From NCBI GenBank assembly GCA_051294375.1, contig CM119263.1, positions 12,503,723 to 12,567,722 of the forward strand: 64,000 nucleotides of DNA, written 5' to 3'. Shown one piece after another: positions 31,179 through 45,615 of this stretch. Made by a program: the position numbers and the translations under genes. The first letter of the stretch is position 1, and every line of letters begins with the position of its first letter. The stretch comes from Paraspadella gotoi. Taxonomy: Eukaryota > Animalia > Chaetognatha. Under the pieces are notes generated by a model that was given only the letters and a program-made list of their open reading frames with translations, searched no databases and had not been told where the DNA came from.

Positions 31179-32514
31179 AGAAAGAGGAAGAGAGAGAGAA
31201 AGAGAGAGAGACATGTCAACCAACAACCAGGCATTGGCTTTCAAGTCAGGGGTGACTTTTTTTGGTTTCGTTTCTTCGGCAGAGAACACGTTCCGTGAAA
31301 AATCGTTTCATTTTTATGCCTGCGAGTTGCGTATTCGTTACGTTAAAGGAAATTCATCTCTATTCCATTTCCCTCAACTTCCAGTTTATAGAAAAAAACA
31401 TTTTTCTCGATTCACTTTTTTTCCCCTTTTTTCTGGTTATTCTTATTTTTATTCTTACTTGTTCCATCTTCGTTTTTTTTCTTCTTTAGCTTCTCTCAGG
31501 TTTTTTTTTTTATTCTAAATCCGCCTTTACCCGTCATTTAATTTTTCCTTTTACATGTCAAGTTTTTTCCCTTTGCTCCTGCTCAATTTTTTTCTTTGCT
31601 TTCTTATTCTTTCCTCTCCTTCATCTTTAAATATTTCTCGTTTTAGGTTTGTTCTTTTTTACCGTTCCTTCCTTTGTTTTCTTTATCTCAACTATAATTC
31701 ACAGCTGCTCCTGTGTCTGTCTATAGACAGAATAGATTCAGTTCTTCATATTGATTAGTCGCTAAAGAAAGATGAGCATTGAGCAATGATCCCTGCGCAA
31801 AGATTTATGCGCTTTGACCCTGATTGTTAATAAACTTGCTCATCTAAGATTTCCAGTTGTTTTTATTCTTTTTTCCAAGTTAAAAATATCAATATGATAG
31901 TGGAGATCCCGCGAATCGTGGTAATCTCAGCCACCTGGTGATGTGGATTCTTTGCGAGCGACTGAGACGAGGCTTCTGCTCGATCGACCGCGACAGAACA
32001 AATACCGCAATTCATTACGAAGTGCGTTAAAATAAACTGCATCGACTGAACCAGCTGTGTGGATAACTAGAAAACTATCTATATTAACCCGATGCTTGAT
32101 CCTCTGCTCCTTTGCTATTCTCACTCTTTGCCAAGGAGTGTGAAAATTCTTGCAGTCTTCCTCATCATGAAATATTCAGTGGTTTTAAGAAAATCCTCCC
32201 CGTGAAACGCGCGAAAGCAGTGGAGCTTTTTCTTACTTTCTCGCTTCGTTGACGAGGATCCGTTAGTAAATCGGAAACTCATTATTCAAGACCCAAGGAA
32301 AAAAAAAAGAGAGAAGAAAAGTTCCAGGTTTATGAAATGGAGCCCGCCGGCCGAGATCTAACCACGTTCCTAACCCTGGCCGTATCCTAGCGACAAAAGG
32401 AGTCTCTTTTTCTGTCTCTCTTTCTCGTTTCTACTTTTTCGTTTCCAGGACAATCTAGGTATCCACGACAGTTACGCACGAACTTCTTTACCGCCGGTGA
32501 AAATTAACGTTCGA

Positions 32515-32591
32515 TTCATTCATTCATTCATTCATTCATTCATTCATTCATTCATTCATTCATTCATTCATTCATTCATTCATTCATTCAT
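32515..32591. repeat. (TTCA)n microsatellite
   Basis: Perfect tetranucleotide run directly downstream (minus strand) of the splice donor at 32603. Confidence 0.95.
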
Positions 32592-32603
32592 AAATTGACT
32601 TAC

Positions 32604-32691
32604 CTTTGCCCGCTTTTACATCCACAGCGTAAAGTCTTCTCGGATGCGGGGACGGAGGGCGTCGCACAGCCTCATAAATCGTCGGCGCCAT
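32604..32691 (-). CDS. Candidate first coding exon of the PDZ gene
   Basis: aagATGGCG start, MAPTIYEAVRRPPSPHPRRLYAVDVKAGK, and a consensus donor AAG|GTAAGT in phase 1, compatible with the acceptor at 30478. Confidence 0.6.
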
Positions 32692-33178
32692 CTTACTTCC
32701 GGTTTCCAGTACAAAAAGTTCGTTATGGTCGTCGTCGTCAAAGACAAAATTCCGCTTTTGTTATCCGAAACCAAGTCGCGCCTTCATCTTTTTCTTTTAA
32801 TCCAGAATCTGGGGGAACACACGCCAGTAGTTTTGATTTCCTCTCGAATTCGTTCAAAGCGAAAAAAAAATTGGCCGAAGGCGATCGGAGATGACAAGAG
32901 ATCCGATTCGGTGACCCTAAGAGGACAAAAAAAGGGTAGGGTCTGGGTGAGGTCAGGGGCAGAATTTTAAGGGGAGAAGTCGACATGAAAATCTCGAAGT
33001 TTTTTTTTTTTTTTTAGAAAAAAGATAAAATCGTCGGGCGATGACGTTGTTTTGACAAGATAAAGAGTGAAAAAATGAGAGGAATTTATAAAAAAAATTG
33101 CGCGAAGGGCAATTTTTATAATTTTAGAACAAGGAAAAGAGAGAAAGAGGGAGAGCGAGTGAGCAAGAGAGCTAGATT

Positions 33179-33259
<81 letters not shown>

Positions 33260-33427
33260 TTATTATTCTAAAAACAAGAAATTTGTTTAAAAACCAAAAA
33301 AACGATGCCGATTTTGTTTACTCTGGACCATCGTGACGCAAATGAATTTGGAGGTGGTAAAAAAGAAAGGAAGAAAGAAAGAAAGAAAGAAAGAAAAAAA
33401 GAAAGAAAAAAAGAAAGAAAGAAAGAG

Positions 33428-33458
<31 letters not shown>

Positions 33459-33862
33459 AACCAAGCAAACAAGCAAGCCTACATGCGGATCAAAGCCAAA
33501 ACGAAGTCGACCGAGAAAAAAAAAGGGTTTTTTTGAGATTCGGTGACGAATTTTTCGCAGAGAAATTAATGGAATCGAGTCGAGTTCTTTTTTTTTTCAT
33601 CCTCTTCCTCATCCTCATCCCGGGACGATGTTTCGAACTTTAAAAAAAATTTGGAATACACTGTTCATAGGTCCCTGAGTCTTGTCTCTCTTTAAATATC
33701 CTAAAAAACATTGATCCACTTTTTGGGTGGTGAATTTCAGATTTCAGACAGCGTCGTCACTCCGTAGATCACTACTGACCGATTAGGCCCGGTAACGAGC
33801 TTTGGCCAGCGAGCGTTTAGCGACAGTTCTTAATGTTTACATCGGCCCCAATTTTGAGTCGT

Positions 33863-33910
33863 CGCGTCTCTCGGTGATCTTCGGCGCGTCTCTCGGTGAT
33901 CTTCGACGCG
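33863..33910. repeat. 22-bp tandem duplication (CGCGTCTCTCGGTGATCTTCGR x2)
   Basis: Seen directly. Confidence 0.9.
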
Positions 33911-34743
33911 GCCCCGTATCGAGCGTGATATTTTTTCGGAGATGTCGAGAAGGTGACATTTCGTGACTAGGGATTTTTTTTTTCCTTCGTCGGGGACTAA
34001 AAGTTCAGAATTTAATTAGCGTCCTCAAGCTAAAAAAATCCCTGCGCGACGTTTTTTATTCTTTCCTTTCTATTCCCTCGTGTGGAAATCTCGTGTTTTC
34101 TCCGTTTCCATGAAACAAGCGTCGGGGGGAAAACTAATTGTGGCTCGAATAATGCATTTAAAATGGTTTGGTGGTTTTAAATCATTCCTAAATTTGGGTT
34201 ATTTCTTTTTCATTTCCTTCTTTTTTCTTTTTTGTTTCTTTTTTTTCGTTCTTTCTTTCTTTCTTTCTTTCTTAAGTTTCTTTCTTTCTTTCTTTCTTTC
34301 TTTCTTTTCCTTTCTGTTCTTATCTTTCTTTCTTTCTTTCTCTTTCTTTGATCGAAAATAGCAACTTTTAGCTGAGAAAGCAAAAACTTACCGGTTTTCA
34401 TAAGTTTAGTTTTTGATAAAAGTTTTCTTCCTGATTTGTTGTTAATGAAATTTCTTTTTTTTTTTTTTTTTAGGTTTGATGGGTTAAAACAGATTTATTT
34501 CACATTCTTGCAAAATTCTTAGCAACGTGGGAAAAATTCTAGAATTTATGAGAACCGAATTGAGATGGGGTGGTTTTAAAATAATTTTGACGTTAAAAAT
34601 ATATTATTATTGATTTGTATAGAAATTTGACAATTTCATAAAAAAAATCGAAAAAGTTGAAAGCCCAAGAGAGATCCGTTCTCGAGACTCCCAGGGACGA
34701 AAGTCGGTTCCTGGAATCATTGTCGTGCCACAAATTCGAGATG

Positions 34744-34804
<61 letters not shown>

Positions 34805-35290
34805 CCCCCTCTCAAACAAAGACTTCCTTGTTAATCTTCGCTTTTCCCCGCTGGATAACCATTTACAGCTCGACCAATCATCGGCGGTCTCGCGCCGTCG
34901 CACACCAATGAACATCGTTCCCGGAACTTGCTCACGCGAGGGTCGAGAGCGATCGATGATTCTGGGCGTAGAAAACGCCGTCTTTACGATATCAGAGAAT
35001 TTTTTTTCCTTTTTTCTTCTTTTTCTTTTTCGCTTTAAATTTCGAGGAAATTACTGCATGATGATTGCTTTTTTTTCATGCGTCCGTGATGGTTTTAATC
35101 GTGGGAAGGTTTTTGACTGGCCTGCTATAAAAAGAAAACATAGATAATGTTAAATCGAGATGATGGTTCTAAAAAGACCCAAAAAGTAGCAAAGAGCGGG
35201 GATCCTGGTTCGGAGAGCAGCAGAGAAAAAAATAGTGAATCCAACGAAAAAACTGAAAAGGATAGAGATAAAGATAGAAAGAAATAATGA

Positions 35291-35374
<84 letters not shown>

Positions 35375-38300
35375 AAAAATTAAAAAGAAAAAAAGGCAAA
35401 AAAATGAAGAAAGAAAGACTTAAAGTACGATCGAGGGACAGACAGAGAAAAAAGTGGGAGAAACGACAGATGATGGGAGAATTCGAGGAATTTTTGTCGT
35501 CGCCCCGAAAAAGCAACAGATGGCAACTTCAACTTGAGGGATGAGAACCACCGAGAGACTGGAGAGGCGGCAGCGAAATCTGACGCCGCAGCTGCAGCTC
35601 GGCACAGCAGTAGCGGAGGGTGAGATCCGCTTCAATCTCTTATTTTTGTTTCTGACGGGCGTTCAAGAACTGCATTGGAAGCGAAGCAAGTTTCCGCTCT
35701 ACTGAAAAATTCAGACCCACGGCTTTTGAAAATTTAATATTGAAAAAAACAAATTTATAAAAAAACTGAGATTCTAGTGGTCAGGTCATCTCGGAGATAG
35801 CCTCACGAATTTGTGACAATTTTGCAACTGAAGCGAGAAATGTGGAAATCTCCAAGTGAAAAGCGAAAAATTTGTTTTGATTTACTTTAGAATTAGAATA
35901 GGCATTAATTCTGAGACTTTTAACGCTTTTAACTCTGTCTCAAAAAGGTGTCTCGTTCTTTTAAGAATAAAAAGGTTGAAAAGCGAAAAATGTCATCATA
36001 ATCTCGAAATCCTCATTCGTTTCAAAATCAAGATTCGGAAAACATTTTCGGCCGTTGGTCTCGAACCCATCAGTCTTCCCCTTCTCCCTTAATGGAAACG
36101 AATTGTTTGTTTTCGAATCGAAATGACGAGAAAACGGGAACATCTTGTTTATTCAAGGGGGCGAGCGTTGCCAATAGCGACGCAGCGGAAAAAAAAAAAC
36201 ATGTCGGAATTATCGCTTCCGGAACTTAATCAAAATAAAGATTAAGGCCGGATGTTTTTGTAGTACGTAAAAAATTTGATCGCTGGGAAAATCTTTTTTT
36301 TTAATAGCGCGTTTAGATTTCCTCCTGTCATAGAGGTTTTTCAATCGCCGCCGAGAGAAAGTATCTCGACGACATTCCGCGTCGGAAGGAGTTGGGACGG
36401 AAAATTGGGCAATTGTCCCCCCCCCCAATTTGTCTCTCCCCTCTCTCTCTCTTTCTCACAGTTCGGCTTTTCACCCCAAAGGAGCGAAAAAACCGGAAAT
36501 GTTCAAAATAATGAGATTAAGAGTCATTAAGGAAAACAGGAGGAAGACCCTTCTCTGCGCCCTACGCGACCCGCGAGGCTCACAAAGAAAAACAAACTTT
36601 CAAATTAATAGTTTTAACGTTTTAAACCCGAGGGTGACATTCTCGTCTTAAATCTGAGATGGCGATTAAATGAATAGTGTTTTCCGGAGTTTCGCCGCTT
36701 CGGGCATTAGGGGTTTTCTAGTTGTGGTCGGATGAATTGAAATGTGGACGCAGGATGTCAGCGAATTTAGGGTAAGTCGTTCCTGAACGAACGAGTTGAA
36801 AATGCGTCTCGCGTGAAAAAGGAAAAAAAAAACCAAAAAGAAGAAAAGTAAAGTCGTTCACAGTATTCTTGAGCGCAGTGTATTTTTTCTAACTGAAAAA
36901 AAACACGAAAACTTTCGGTAATTGTTACAAGTTCAAAGCTTAAAAAAATCAATTTCAGCTTTAACGATATTAGCTTCAACTTTTTACTTCACTGATAAAG
37001 TTTTAAAAAAAATTAGGCGCGAAAATAATGACAAATGTGAACGATTGCGGGGCGAAAGAGCGACCTTCTCTAGCGATCGTCACTAGTTTTGAAAGCGCTC
37101 GAGATAACAAATAGAAATGTGAATATAATGTGTGGGAGTGAATAAAAAAGGAGTCAAGGTGCTTCTTTCTGAGCTCGACCACACCACACTTATACTAAAT
37201 TTTTCAGTGTACGACGCAAAAAAAAGTTAATTTCGAGTAACCTAACTAGTAACGTCGTACATCACATTTGTTCCCTTCTTGTAGTTACTAGGAAACGATG
37301 GGCGGAGCGAAAGAGAAGGGAAAGAAGGAGAACGTAAGAAGAAGAAGAAGAAGAAACTTGAAAGCAGTTAAGAAGGAAAACAGAGAAAAGAAACGAAAGA
37401 AAAAAAGAAGAAAAAGAAGAAAAGTAGAATGAGAGACGGGAAAATGAAAATGAGGGAGATTATTTTTAGAGAAGGACGAGAAGAATGATAGATGGAGGAG
37501 TAAAAACTAAAATAGAAGGACAGTCANNNNNNNNNNTAGATGGAGGAGTAAAGTAGAATAGAAGGACAGTCAAGAAGAAGGAGAGAAGAAGACATTCTTC
37601 GTCCCGTAAAAGAAGGAACGAAAAAAATAATAATTCGGAATGGAACGGGATTTTGTCCGAATTTCCACCGGGATTTTCCTCGGTGGCCGATCATCTCGGA
37701 TCAAGAGATGGGGATTAGGAGATGAAGAGATGAAGAGAAAGAGGTAAGGGCCAAGCCATGAAGCTCGAGAAAAGCGGATCGTTTAAGCGGAATATTTTCG
37801 ATCCTCTTCGGTCGTCCGTACATCCCTCTGCCCGTCTTTTATTTCTATAAAGGAAGCAAAACAAAAGCTCAAGTGCTTTATGAGGTTTAAAACTATTTAT
37901 ATTGTTAATAGGAAAATCCCTATCGAAACGTTCGAGAATTACAATGAATGTCTAGTTACTTTCCTTTACAGTTCTTCGTTTGTTTAAATTTCTTAACCAC
38001 TAACAATTAAAAGAAAATAATAAATTATAAAATGAAAAAAAAAACAGAAGAAAAAAACTAAACTGCCGACGTCTCTAAACTCAGAACAAAAAATATGCTC
38101 AGGTGGTTAAAGGAAGGTCGTGAGCTCATTATTTCGTTAAAAAAAATTATTCGCTATTTTCGCTATTCGTCTTTTCACTGGTCGGCAGCTTACGTATGCA
38201 AAGTAGATTATGTTAATGAAATTAAGAAAAAGCGAAAGGGAAAAGTCGTTTTTTTAATCCGAGAAAATATTTAAAACATCGTTATGAATTTTTTTCTGGT

Positions 38301-40533
38301 CGTAAAACACTCAAACGGATTCACCCATGTTATAAAAAAAAGTAAATAAATGAATAAACAATTAACTATATAAATAGAAACAGTAAAGAATAAGTAAGGA
38401 AACCTTAAGGAAGAAGACTATCGCTTAACAAATTATAATTAACAAATTTTAGGAAAATAACTAAAATCAAGCGTCCATATTTTTGCGAACAAAAGTTTTG
38501 ATCTGATGCGGAGACGGAAACATTGGATAACTCAATCCTATCCCTCACCCAAATAAGAGGACTGAATGACCTACAAATATTATATTACGTATTATTGATT
38601 CAACGACTGTGACTGTGAAAGAAAATAAGATACGGCCGCGCGGCGGAGCGAGACACAGATCCTTGATGCACGGACTTGATGCATGACGGCGTGTGTCATC
38701 GAAAGATTTGTCCGAAGAAAAAAAATTGAGATCGTCGAAAATTGAAAGGAAAAAGAGATAAGAAGTTAAGAACAAGATCTAGACTCGGAATATGTCATTA
38801 CTTCTCTCTCTGTGCCTTCTTTTTCTTTATCCTTTCTAAATACTTTTTTTATAAAATCTTTTTGTTCCACGAATAAATATTTCATTGTTTTTAAATTTTG
38901 TTCGCGATTTTACTTAAAGTGAAAGAATTGAAAAGAAAAAAATCCGTTTTTGCGTAATCTGTAAAAAGTAACAAGTTAGAGGAAGATAGGAACCTTCTCA
39001 ACAGATCGTATAGTTAGTCAAAAAATCGTTTTTTCTTAATGTCATATTATCAGACCGTGATCAACTGATCATATTAGTGTGGTTGTTGGCGAAAGAAGGC
39101 GCAACCATGCGATCGTTTCATCCACTTATTATGCGACGCGTCGGGGGAAGCTTCGAGCGTAGACCCAAAAAAAAAAAGAAAAAAAAGAAAACTGCATAAA
39201 GAAAAAAATAAATAGAAAAAAAAGCGAAACGACAAATCAAACGGTGGATGAATAAGTTTCCCCGAGAAGACTTCATGAATACGAAATGAAATTTTGAATG
39301 TTACTCAAAAACGTGAAAAGTGTTTTTAGTTTTTTTTTTTTTAAAAGAAGGAAAAGTCACGAAAAAAAAAGAAACAGAAAGAGGGAATAAAGAAAAAGAC
39401 AAAAAATTTATAAAAATTCAAAAGTAGAAAAAAGTTAAAAATTTAAAAAAAAATAACGAAACTAAACGTAAACAGATTTAACCAAAAAAATAAACTCAAG
39501 GAATATACGAACTGAATCGACTTACCCTAAAAATAACGCGAAGAAAGCGAAAATGAATTTCGGAGGTTCGGTGGTGCCATTAATTAAAATCGCACCGATT
39601 TAAGCTCACAGAGAATAAAAACGTTTTGTTTTTCTTATTTTCTTTGATATAAAATATTTTCGACGATAAATTTTCTAATCTCTTCGCTTCCTGTATCCTG
39701 TGGCGAACTCGCGTCTCGGGCTCAATTATGCAAATGAGTTTAAATCCCCGATTTCCATTCTTCGGAATCTTGAATCTTTAAGTGGTTCCGACGTTCTCGT
39801 AGGTCGTGGTGGGGGAGGCAAGGAGACGGGGGGGTGAAAAGAAAAACGGGAGGTAAATCCTCCTATTAGCTCCGCAATCAAAGTGAACGATGGCTTAGAG
39901 CAATTGTGATTATGTCAGAGAGAGAGAAGAGAGAGCAGAGAGGGAGGGAGAGAGAGAGAGAGAGAGAGACAAGTCGTAAGACAAAAGAAGAGGAAAAAAC
40001 ATCGATCCATTCTAAGAACTACCGACAAGAAACGAAATTTGAGAATTTTGGAGAGAAAATTTCTTTTTCTTTCTTTTCTTTATCTAAATTTGAAAAGTGG
40101 GTTCCCCTCCGTTTTTGCGTGCGTAGAATGCGTTCAAGGAAAAAACATTAATAAAAATTAATTTTGATAAGGTTCCCGAGCTCAGGCCATCCACTCCCCA
40201 GTACCCACCATGTACGCCCGTCTCGCTCAACTGCCAATCCCTTCGAAAGCTTTAATTCGGATTGAAGATGTTTTCGTTTCATCGTTTTATAGTAATAATC
40301 ATAGTTTCTAGCTTATTTTACGAAATTCTTCGAGTCTCGCATGAGACGAGGATTAACCATAGACGATTCTTTCTTTATTTTGGTATATCATATTGGAAAT
40401 ATATCTTTTTCTGTCTGTTCTTCGTTTTTATTTTTAATATTTTACATTTTTGATTTCTATATTTTTTTTAATTTTTAAATTTTAAAATTGTTTTCTTTAT
40501 TTTTAAAATTTTTTATTTCTTGATTTAATTTGT

Positions 40534-40565
<32 letters not shown>

Positions 40566-40619
40566 TCATAATTTTCTTTTCTTTTTTCTATCTTTCTCTT
40601 CTTTTTTCTTTCTTTCTTT

Positions 40620-40650
<31 letters not shown>

Positions 40651-40731
40651 TTTCTTCTTTCTTTCTTATCTCTCCTTCTTTCTATGTCTTTTCCCACTTT
40701 CTTAGCAGCATTCCTTTGAGGAATTCTCTGT

Positions 40732-40778
<47 letters not shown>

Positions 40779-41667
40779 TCTCTCTCTCTCTCTCTCTCTC
40801 TCTTATCTTCTCTCTTNNNNNNNNNNNNNNNNNNNNNNNNNNNNNNNNNNNNNNNNNNNNNNNNNNNNNNNNNNNNNNNNNNNNNNNNNNNNNNNNNNNN
40901 NNNNNNNNNNNNNNNNNNNNNNNNNNNNNNNNNNNNNNNNNNNNNNNNNNNNNNNTCTCTCTCTCTCCCGCTATTTCGCGTCGATTGCTTCGAATTCTTC
41001 GTCAAAGGTCAAAATTTTCTGTGAGAACATCGTTTGTGTCTCGAAAAAAAATTGTCTGCCCCTACCAAAAAAAGTACCACATCTTGATAAATTTTATTTA
41101 TATGTAAAATTCAAAGTTGAAGTGAAAAAAAAAACGAATAAAAAAATTTAAATCCATGTCCTCTATTTAAAATTAACCGCATGGAACATGAAAAAGGAAA
41201 ATTGCGACGATGATAAATGAGTCTCTGTAGCGTTTTTGTTCACTGTGTTCATCGTTAAGAAAATATTAAAAAAAAAAACGAAAGAAAAAAAGAGGAAATG
41301 ATTTCATAAATAAATTAACGGGGAGAAAATATTAATATCGTCACTTCCACTCGGAAATGGAGCTCGAGTTTGTCCCTGAGGGTCCTGGCGATTTTTAACA
41401 GGGACAACGGGTCTGCGAAATGAATTAAATACAGATTGAAGGGACAAAGGACCATGGATTAAACGAAGAAATATATAGGAGGAAAAAGAGGACCGATGCA
41501 GTAAAATATATGAAACCGTGCCCAAGATCAAGTCATACGTATAACATACTATGTTGCATCGTATATTTGTTGACATATATGAAGGTAAAGACATTTTTTA
41601 TCTACTTGTAAATAAACTAAAAAAAGAAGGCGAAAAAATCAATTCAAAGAGGCGTAAATTTCGTCAC

Positions 41668-41694
41668 CTTTGTTCTCGAGGAACCCAGTCTTAA
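41668..41694 (-). CDS. Candidate 27-nt microexon (KTGFLENK), possibly of a long PDZ-gene isoform
   Basis: A long polypyrimidine tract and ctacag acceptor, AAG|GTGACG donor, phase 1-1, frame preserving. Confidence 0.4.
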
Positions 41695-43156
41695 CTGTAG
41701 CATAAACAAAGGAATGGAAATGGAGCGGAAAGCGAATGAAAGACTGGAAGAAGATAGGAAGGAAAGAAGGAGAAAAGAAGAAGATGAAAGAAAGGGAAAG
41801 AAGGAGACGAGGTTACAAAAGGCCGACGAAGGGATTGAAAAGTAAAACTAGGAAAAAAGAAAGAAAATGATAGAAATGGAGATAAAAGAAAAAGATGAAG
41901 GAAATGCGAGGGATAGAGATTAGAATGAAGAAGATTAAGCATAAGAATTAGGAGGAATGAGACAAGCATAACTAGATGCGGGGAAAAGAGGATGACGGGG
42001 CGAAAAGAAAAGAAAAACATGAAGATAGGTTAATATATAACTGAATAAAAAAGTAAATATAATANNNNNNNNNNNNNNNNNNNNNNNNNCCCTTTCATAT
42101 TAAAATTTAAATTATCAATTTATTTTATAAAAAAACAATTTCATAAAATTGGGTACAAACAATATAGCAATTATCCATTTGTTGTTAGTTTGTGAAAAAT
42201 AAATTAATTTATTAAATTAATTAATATATAAGAAACTAATTGCATTATTGTTTTATAACTAATTGAATTAAATTGAATTAATTGCTTAATGGATCGTCAA
42301 TTAGAATGCCAAGCATTTTTGGCTTTTATTTTATTCTAAATAAAACTAAAAACTTTCAGCTTGAATTGAAAAAATCAAAAGAAATTTTTTTGCTAATAGC
42401 AAAATAGTAAAAATAATATAAAATTTATGGGTAATATTATAATTTTTTTTATAAATTATACAATTCGATTTTTAGCTGATTTTGGAATACTACTAACATT
42501 TTTGGATTTTTAATTGATATTTTTTTTAAACCACATTAGTAAAATAATATTTTTTTTCTTTTTTTTAATTTAATTAATCATATTAAAATTAAAATTAATA
42601 AAATGTTTGATTGGAAGTAAAAAAAGAAAAAGAAAAAAATGAAGTAAAATAAAAAATAAAGGAAAACAGAAGAAAGTAAGAGAGAGAGAAAGAGGAAAAA
42701 AGTGAGTGGAAAGAAAAGAGTAAATAAAAAAAAATGAAATAGTCATATAAAAAATGGAAAAATTTTGTCCTTATTCTCAATAATATCCTTTTGCCTAAGT
42801 AATTTTTTAGAAGCTTCTATTCTCTTTCTCTGCCCATTTTTTATTTCTTCGTTATTTTATTTCTTTTTTTCCTTTTTCTTTCTATCTCTTTCTTTCTCTT
42901 TCTCCCTCTCTCTCCCTCTCTCTTTTTAAAACAGTGTCTTGTCAAAAATTGTTTTAAGAATATATATTTTTGTTAAAAAGATTTGAAAAAAGTTAAACAC
43001 ATAATACATTTAAAAATAAAAAAAAAATTTATTTATTATTTATTAATTTTAAACATATACAAATATGAAAGTTTTTTCATGATCCATTGATGCTGAATTA
43101 AAACAAACATATTATCAAATACAAAAACTAAGTAAAAAAATTTTTAAACCAAAAAG

Positions 43157-43305
43157 CCGGAGGCGTTCCAAGAGGCGAACGCGGAGGCTGATCCGGGCCT
43201 AAAAAAATGGAGAGGCGAACGCAAAACCGGAGGCGAGGGGGATCTCGGAGGGCGGGGAAGTGGGAGGGCGGGCGAAAATTCCAACTCGCCTCCAAGCATG
43301 CCCTG
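43157..43305. mobile_element. Possible terminus of a hAT-like DNA transposon with GC-rich subterminal repeats
   Basis: GC-rich block after ~1 kb of very AT-rich DNA, with repeated GGAGG(G)CG and AGAGGCGAACGC (x2), ending in CATGCCCTG (reverse complement CAGGGCATG). The partner end was not found; an N gap lies at 42065-42089. Confidence 0.3.
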
Positions 43306-44327
43306 GTTTTAACGCAAAAAAACAAAAAAAAACGTGATCTGATTTCAAAAGACCCAAACTTAAGCCATCCCCGAAATTCTTGAGAGTCATCCGTTCTTCA
43401 ATGACGAACTCAGACAAAAATCCAAGATGGAAGTAAGAGTTTCTGTTCACTCCGAGACCCACACGTCATTCACTCATGCTTGTGAGATATTTCTGTCGTT
43501 TCGATTCGTCTGATTGTGATTCGAGAAATCGGAATCACGAGAGGGCGAAAGGGTTGGGCGAATGATGACTGCTGAGGGCTTCGAGGAAAAACGCACGAGG
43601 AAGTCGTCGAGAAAGAAAACTACAACAATAAATGGGAAAAAAAATTAATTATATTTTTTCAGCAAAGAAAATAATCAATTTGATAAAAACTTAACCAAGG
43701 CCACGAGTTTTTTCGGACTCTCTCACTCTCTCTCTCTCTCTCCTCTTCTCGTCTACTCGATCTCTCTCGATCATCTCTCGTCCGTCTCTCTCGTCTCTCG
43801 TCTCTCGTCTCTCTCTCTCTCTTCTCTCTCTCTCTCATTTTTTTTTTCTCCTCTTCCTTCCCCTGTCGGCCAAACAGAAAGGGCGGAAAACAAAGAAATC
43901 CATCGCTTTGTCGCACTTCCTTTTTCGTTTTCCTTTTACTTTTTCTTTCTCCTTTTCCCTTTTCTTTTCCTTTTCCCCCAAAGTTTTCCAACTTCCTCTT
44001 CGATATTTTCACGTCGGTGTTGTTCCGTAAAACAAAATCTTGGTTTTCGACGAGTCAACTGAAAATCTCCTCCTGCAAAAAAAAAAAAAGATTTTTTTTT
44101 CTTTTCGATGGCGTTTTTATTTGCGGTTTTCTCTCTCGGGTTTTCACTAAATCATTTGTTTTTTTCAGCCTCCACTCTACTTTTACCAAAAAATAAAATT
44201 TCGGTTTTTTTCTTGGCATTTTTTCAACGTCATTATATTGTAAAGTTTTCGTTTTCAACTTTCGCTGTTGTTGACTTAAACATGAGTTCCGGATCCTTTG
44301 AACGCTTTAATCTATTTTATTTGTTCA

Positions 44328-44366
<39 letters not shown>

Positions 44367-45259
44367 ACAGGAGCCAAAACAACGTTAACAATTCAGAGCG
44401 TTTCGAACGAGGCGTAGATTTGGTTGAATGAATTTTTGATTTTTTCAATTTACGCCCGTAGCGTTTGGATATCATAAATAATAGGGAACAAACGTTACAT
44501 ACACATAACTTTCCGTATTACGATTGCAGTAAAACCAGAACTGGTGCCTCTAGATGGGAGAAAAAAAAAGCACGAAACATTTTCAATGGACTTTTGACTC
44601 AGGAACGATTTGAATTTGAAAGAACGAAAAGGCTTCTGGGCTGCAAAGCGCCGCGAGCCATCGGCGAAACACAAAAAGTTTTGAACGAATTTTAAAAAAT
44701 ACATCGAATCTTCTCTGCTTAAAACTTTGGTAAGCATGATCTCGCCCAGAAGAGAGCTAAGGTGTAATGAGGGGGAATAACGGAAGTGGACTAATAATAC
44801 TTTTCATAAAAACAAAAATGTCACTGACCACTGACCACAATGGCAAATTGATCAATTTCCTAACTAATTGCTCTACTAGTATGTCATTGGCTTTTCCACG
44901 TGAGATTTGGCGGGTATCGTAAGTTCGCGTGACATACGAGTTCGATGCTCTGGGCGCCGCTAGAGGGGTCAGCCCTTTCTCAACGGGAATCTTTGATTTC
45001 TCGATTTGTAGCCGTTAAGGAGTAGAGAGGAGAGAAAAGAAAGGGGAGAGAAGAGAGGAGAGAGGAGAGAAAAGGAGGGGGAGAGAAGAGAGGAGAGAGG
45101 GCAAAAGAGACAGGAGTGAGACCGACTCGATCAAATGGGACATTTTATGGAACTCTTTAAGTCGGAAAAGATAAACGGCATAATCGGGATTCGAATCGGA
45201 AAGGAAAACATTCGGGCGGGAAAAGGAGGACTGAGGAGTGAGGAGAGAAAAAAAAGTTG

Positions 45260-45615
45260 AGTGAATAAAAAAAAGAGTCGAAAAAGGAAAAATAGGGAAT
45301 AAAAAGAGAAGTTAAGGAATTAAAAAAAAAGGGGTCGAAAGGGATAAAAAGAAAAGCCAAGGAAATAAAAAAAGTACACGGAATGAAAAAAAAAGTTGAG
45401 GTAATAACTAATAAGAAGAAAAATCAAAAGAGAAGTCGAATAAAAACGAAGTTGCGGCGATAAAAAGGAAAAGTTAAAGGAATAAAAAGAAAAGTCGAGA
45501 AAAAAAAAAGATATTGAGGATTAAAAAAAATAAAAAGAATTAAAAAGACAAGTTTAGGGAATTAAAAAGAAAAGTAGAGGGAATAAAAAGAAAAGTCGAG
45601 GTAATAAAAGAAAAA
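45260..45615. repeat. Degenerate ~21-bp purine-rich minisatellite (consensus ~GAAAAGTCGAGGGAATAAAAA)
   Basis: Recurring AAGTYRAGG(G)AATAAAAA units seen directly. Confidence 0.7.

Noticed and set aside
30402-31518. Long F/L/S-rich and ER-repeat ORFs, and similar ones at 33-35, 40, 46, 54 and 63 kb
   Set aside because: Translations of (TTTC)n and (AG)n microsatellites, which lack stop codons by composition.
37488-37572. Direct repeat TAGATGGAGGAGTAAAA...AAGGACAGTCA
   Set aside because: Split by a 10-N gap; probable assembly artefact.
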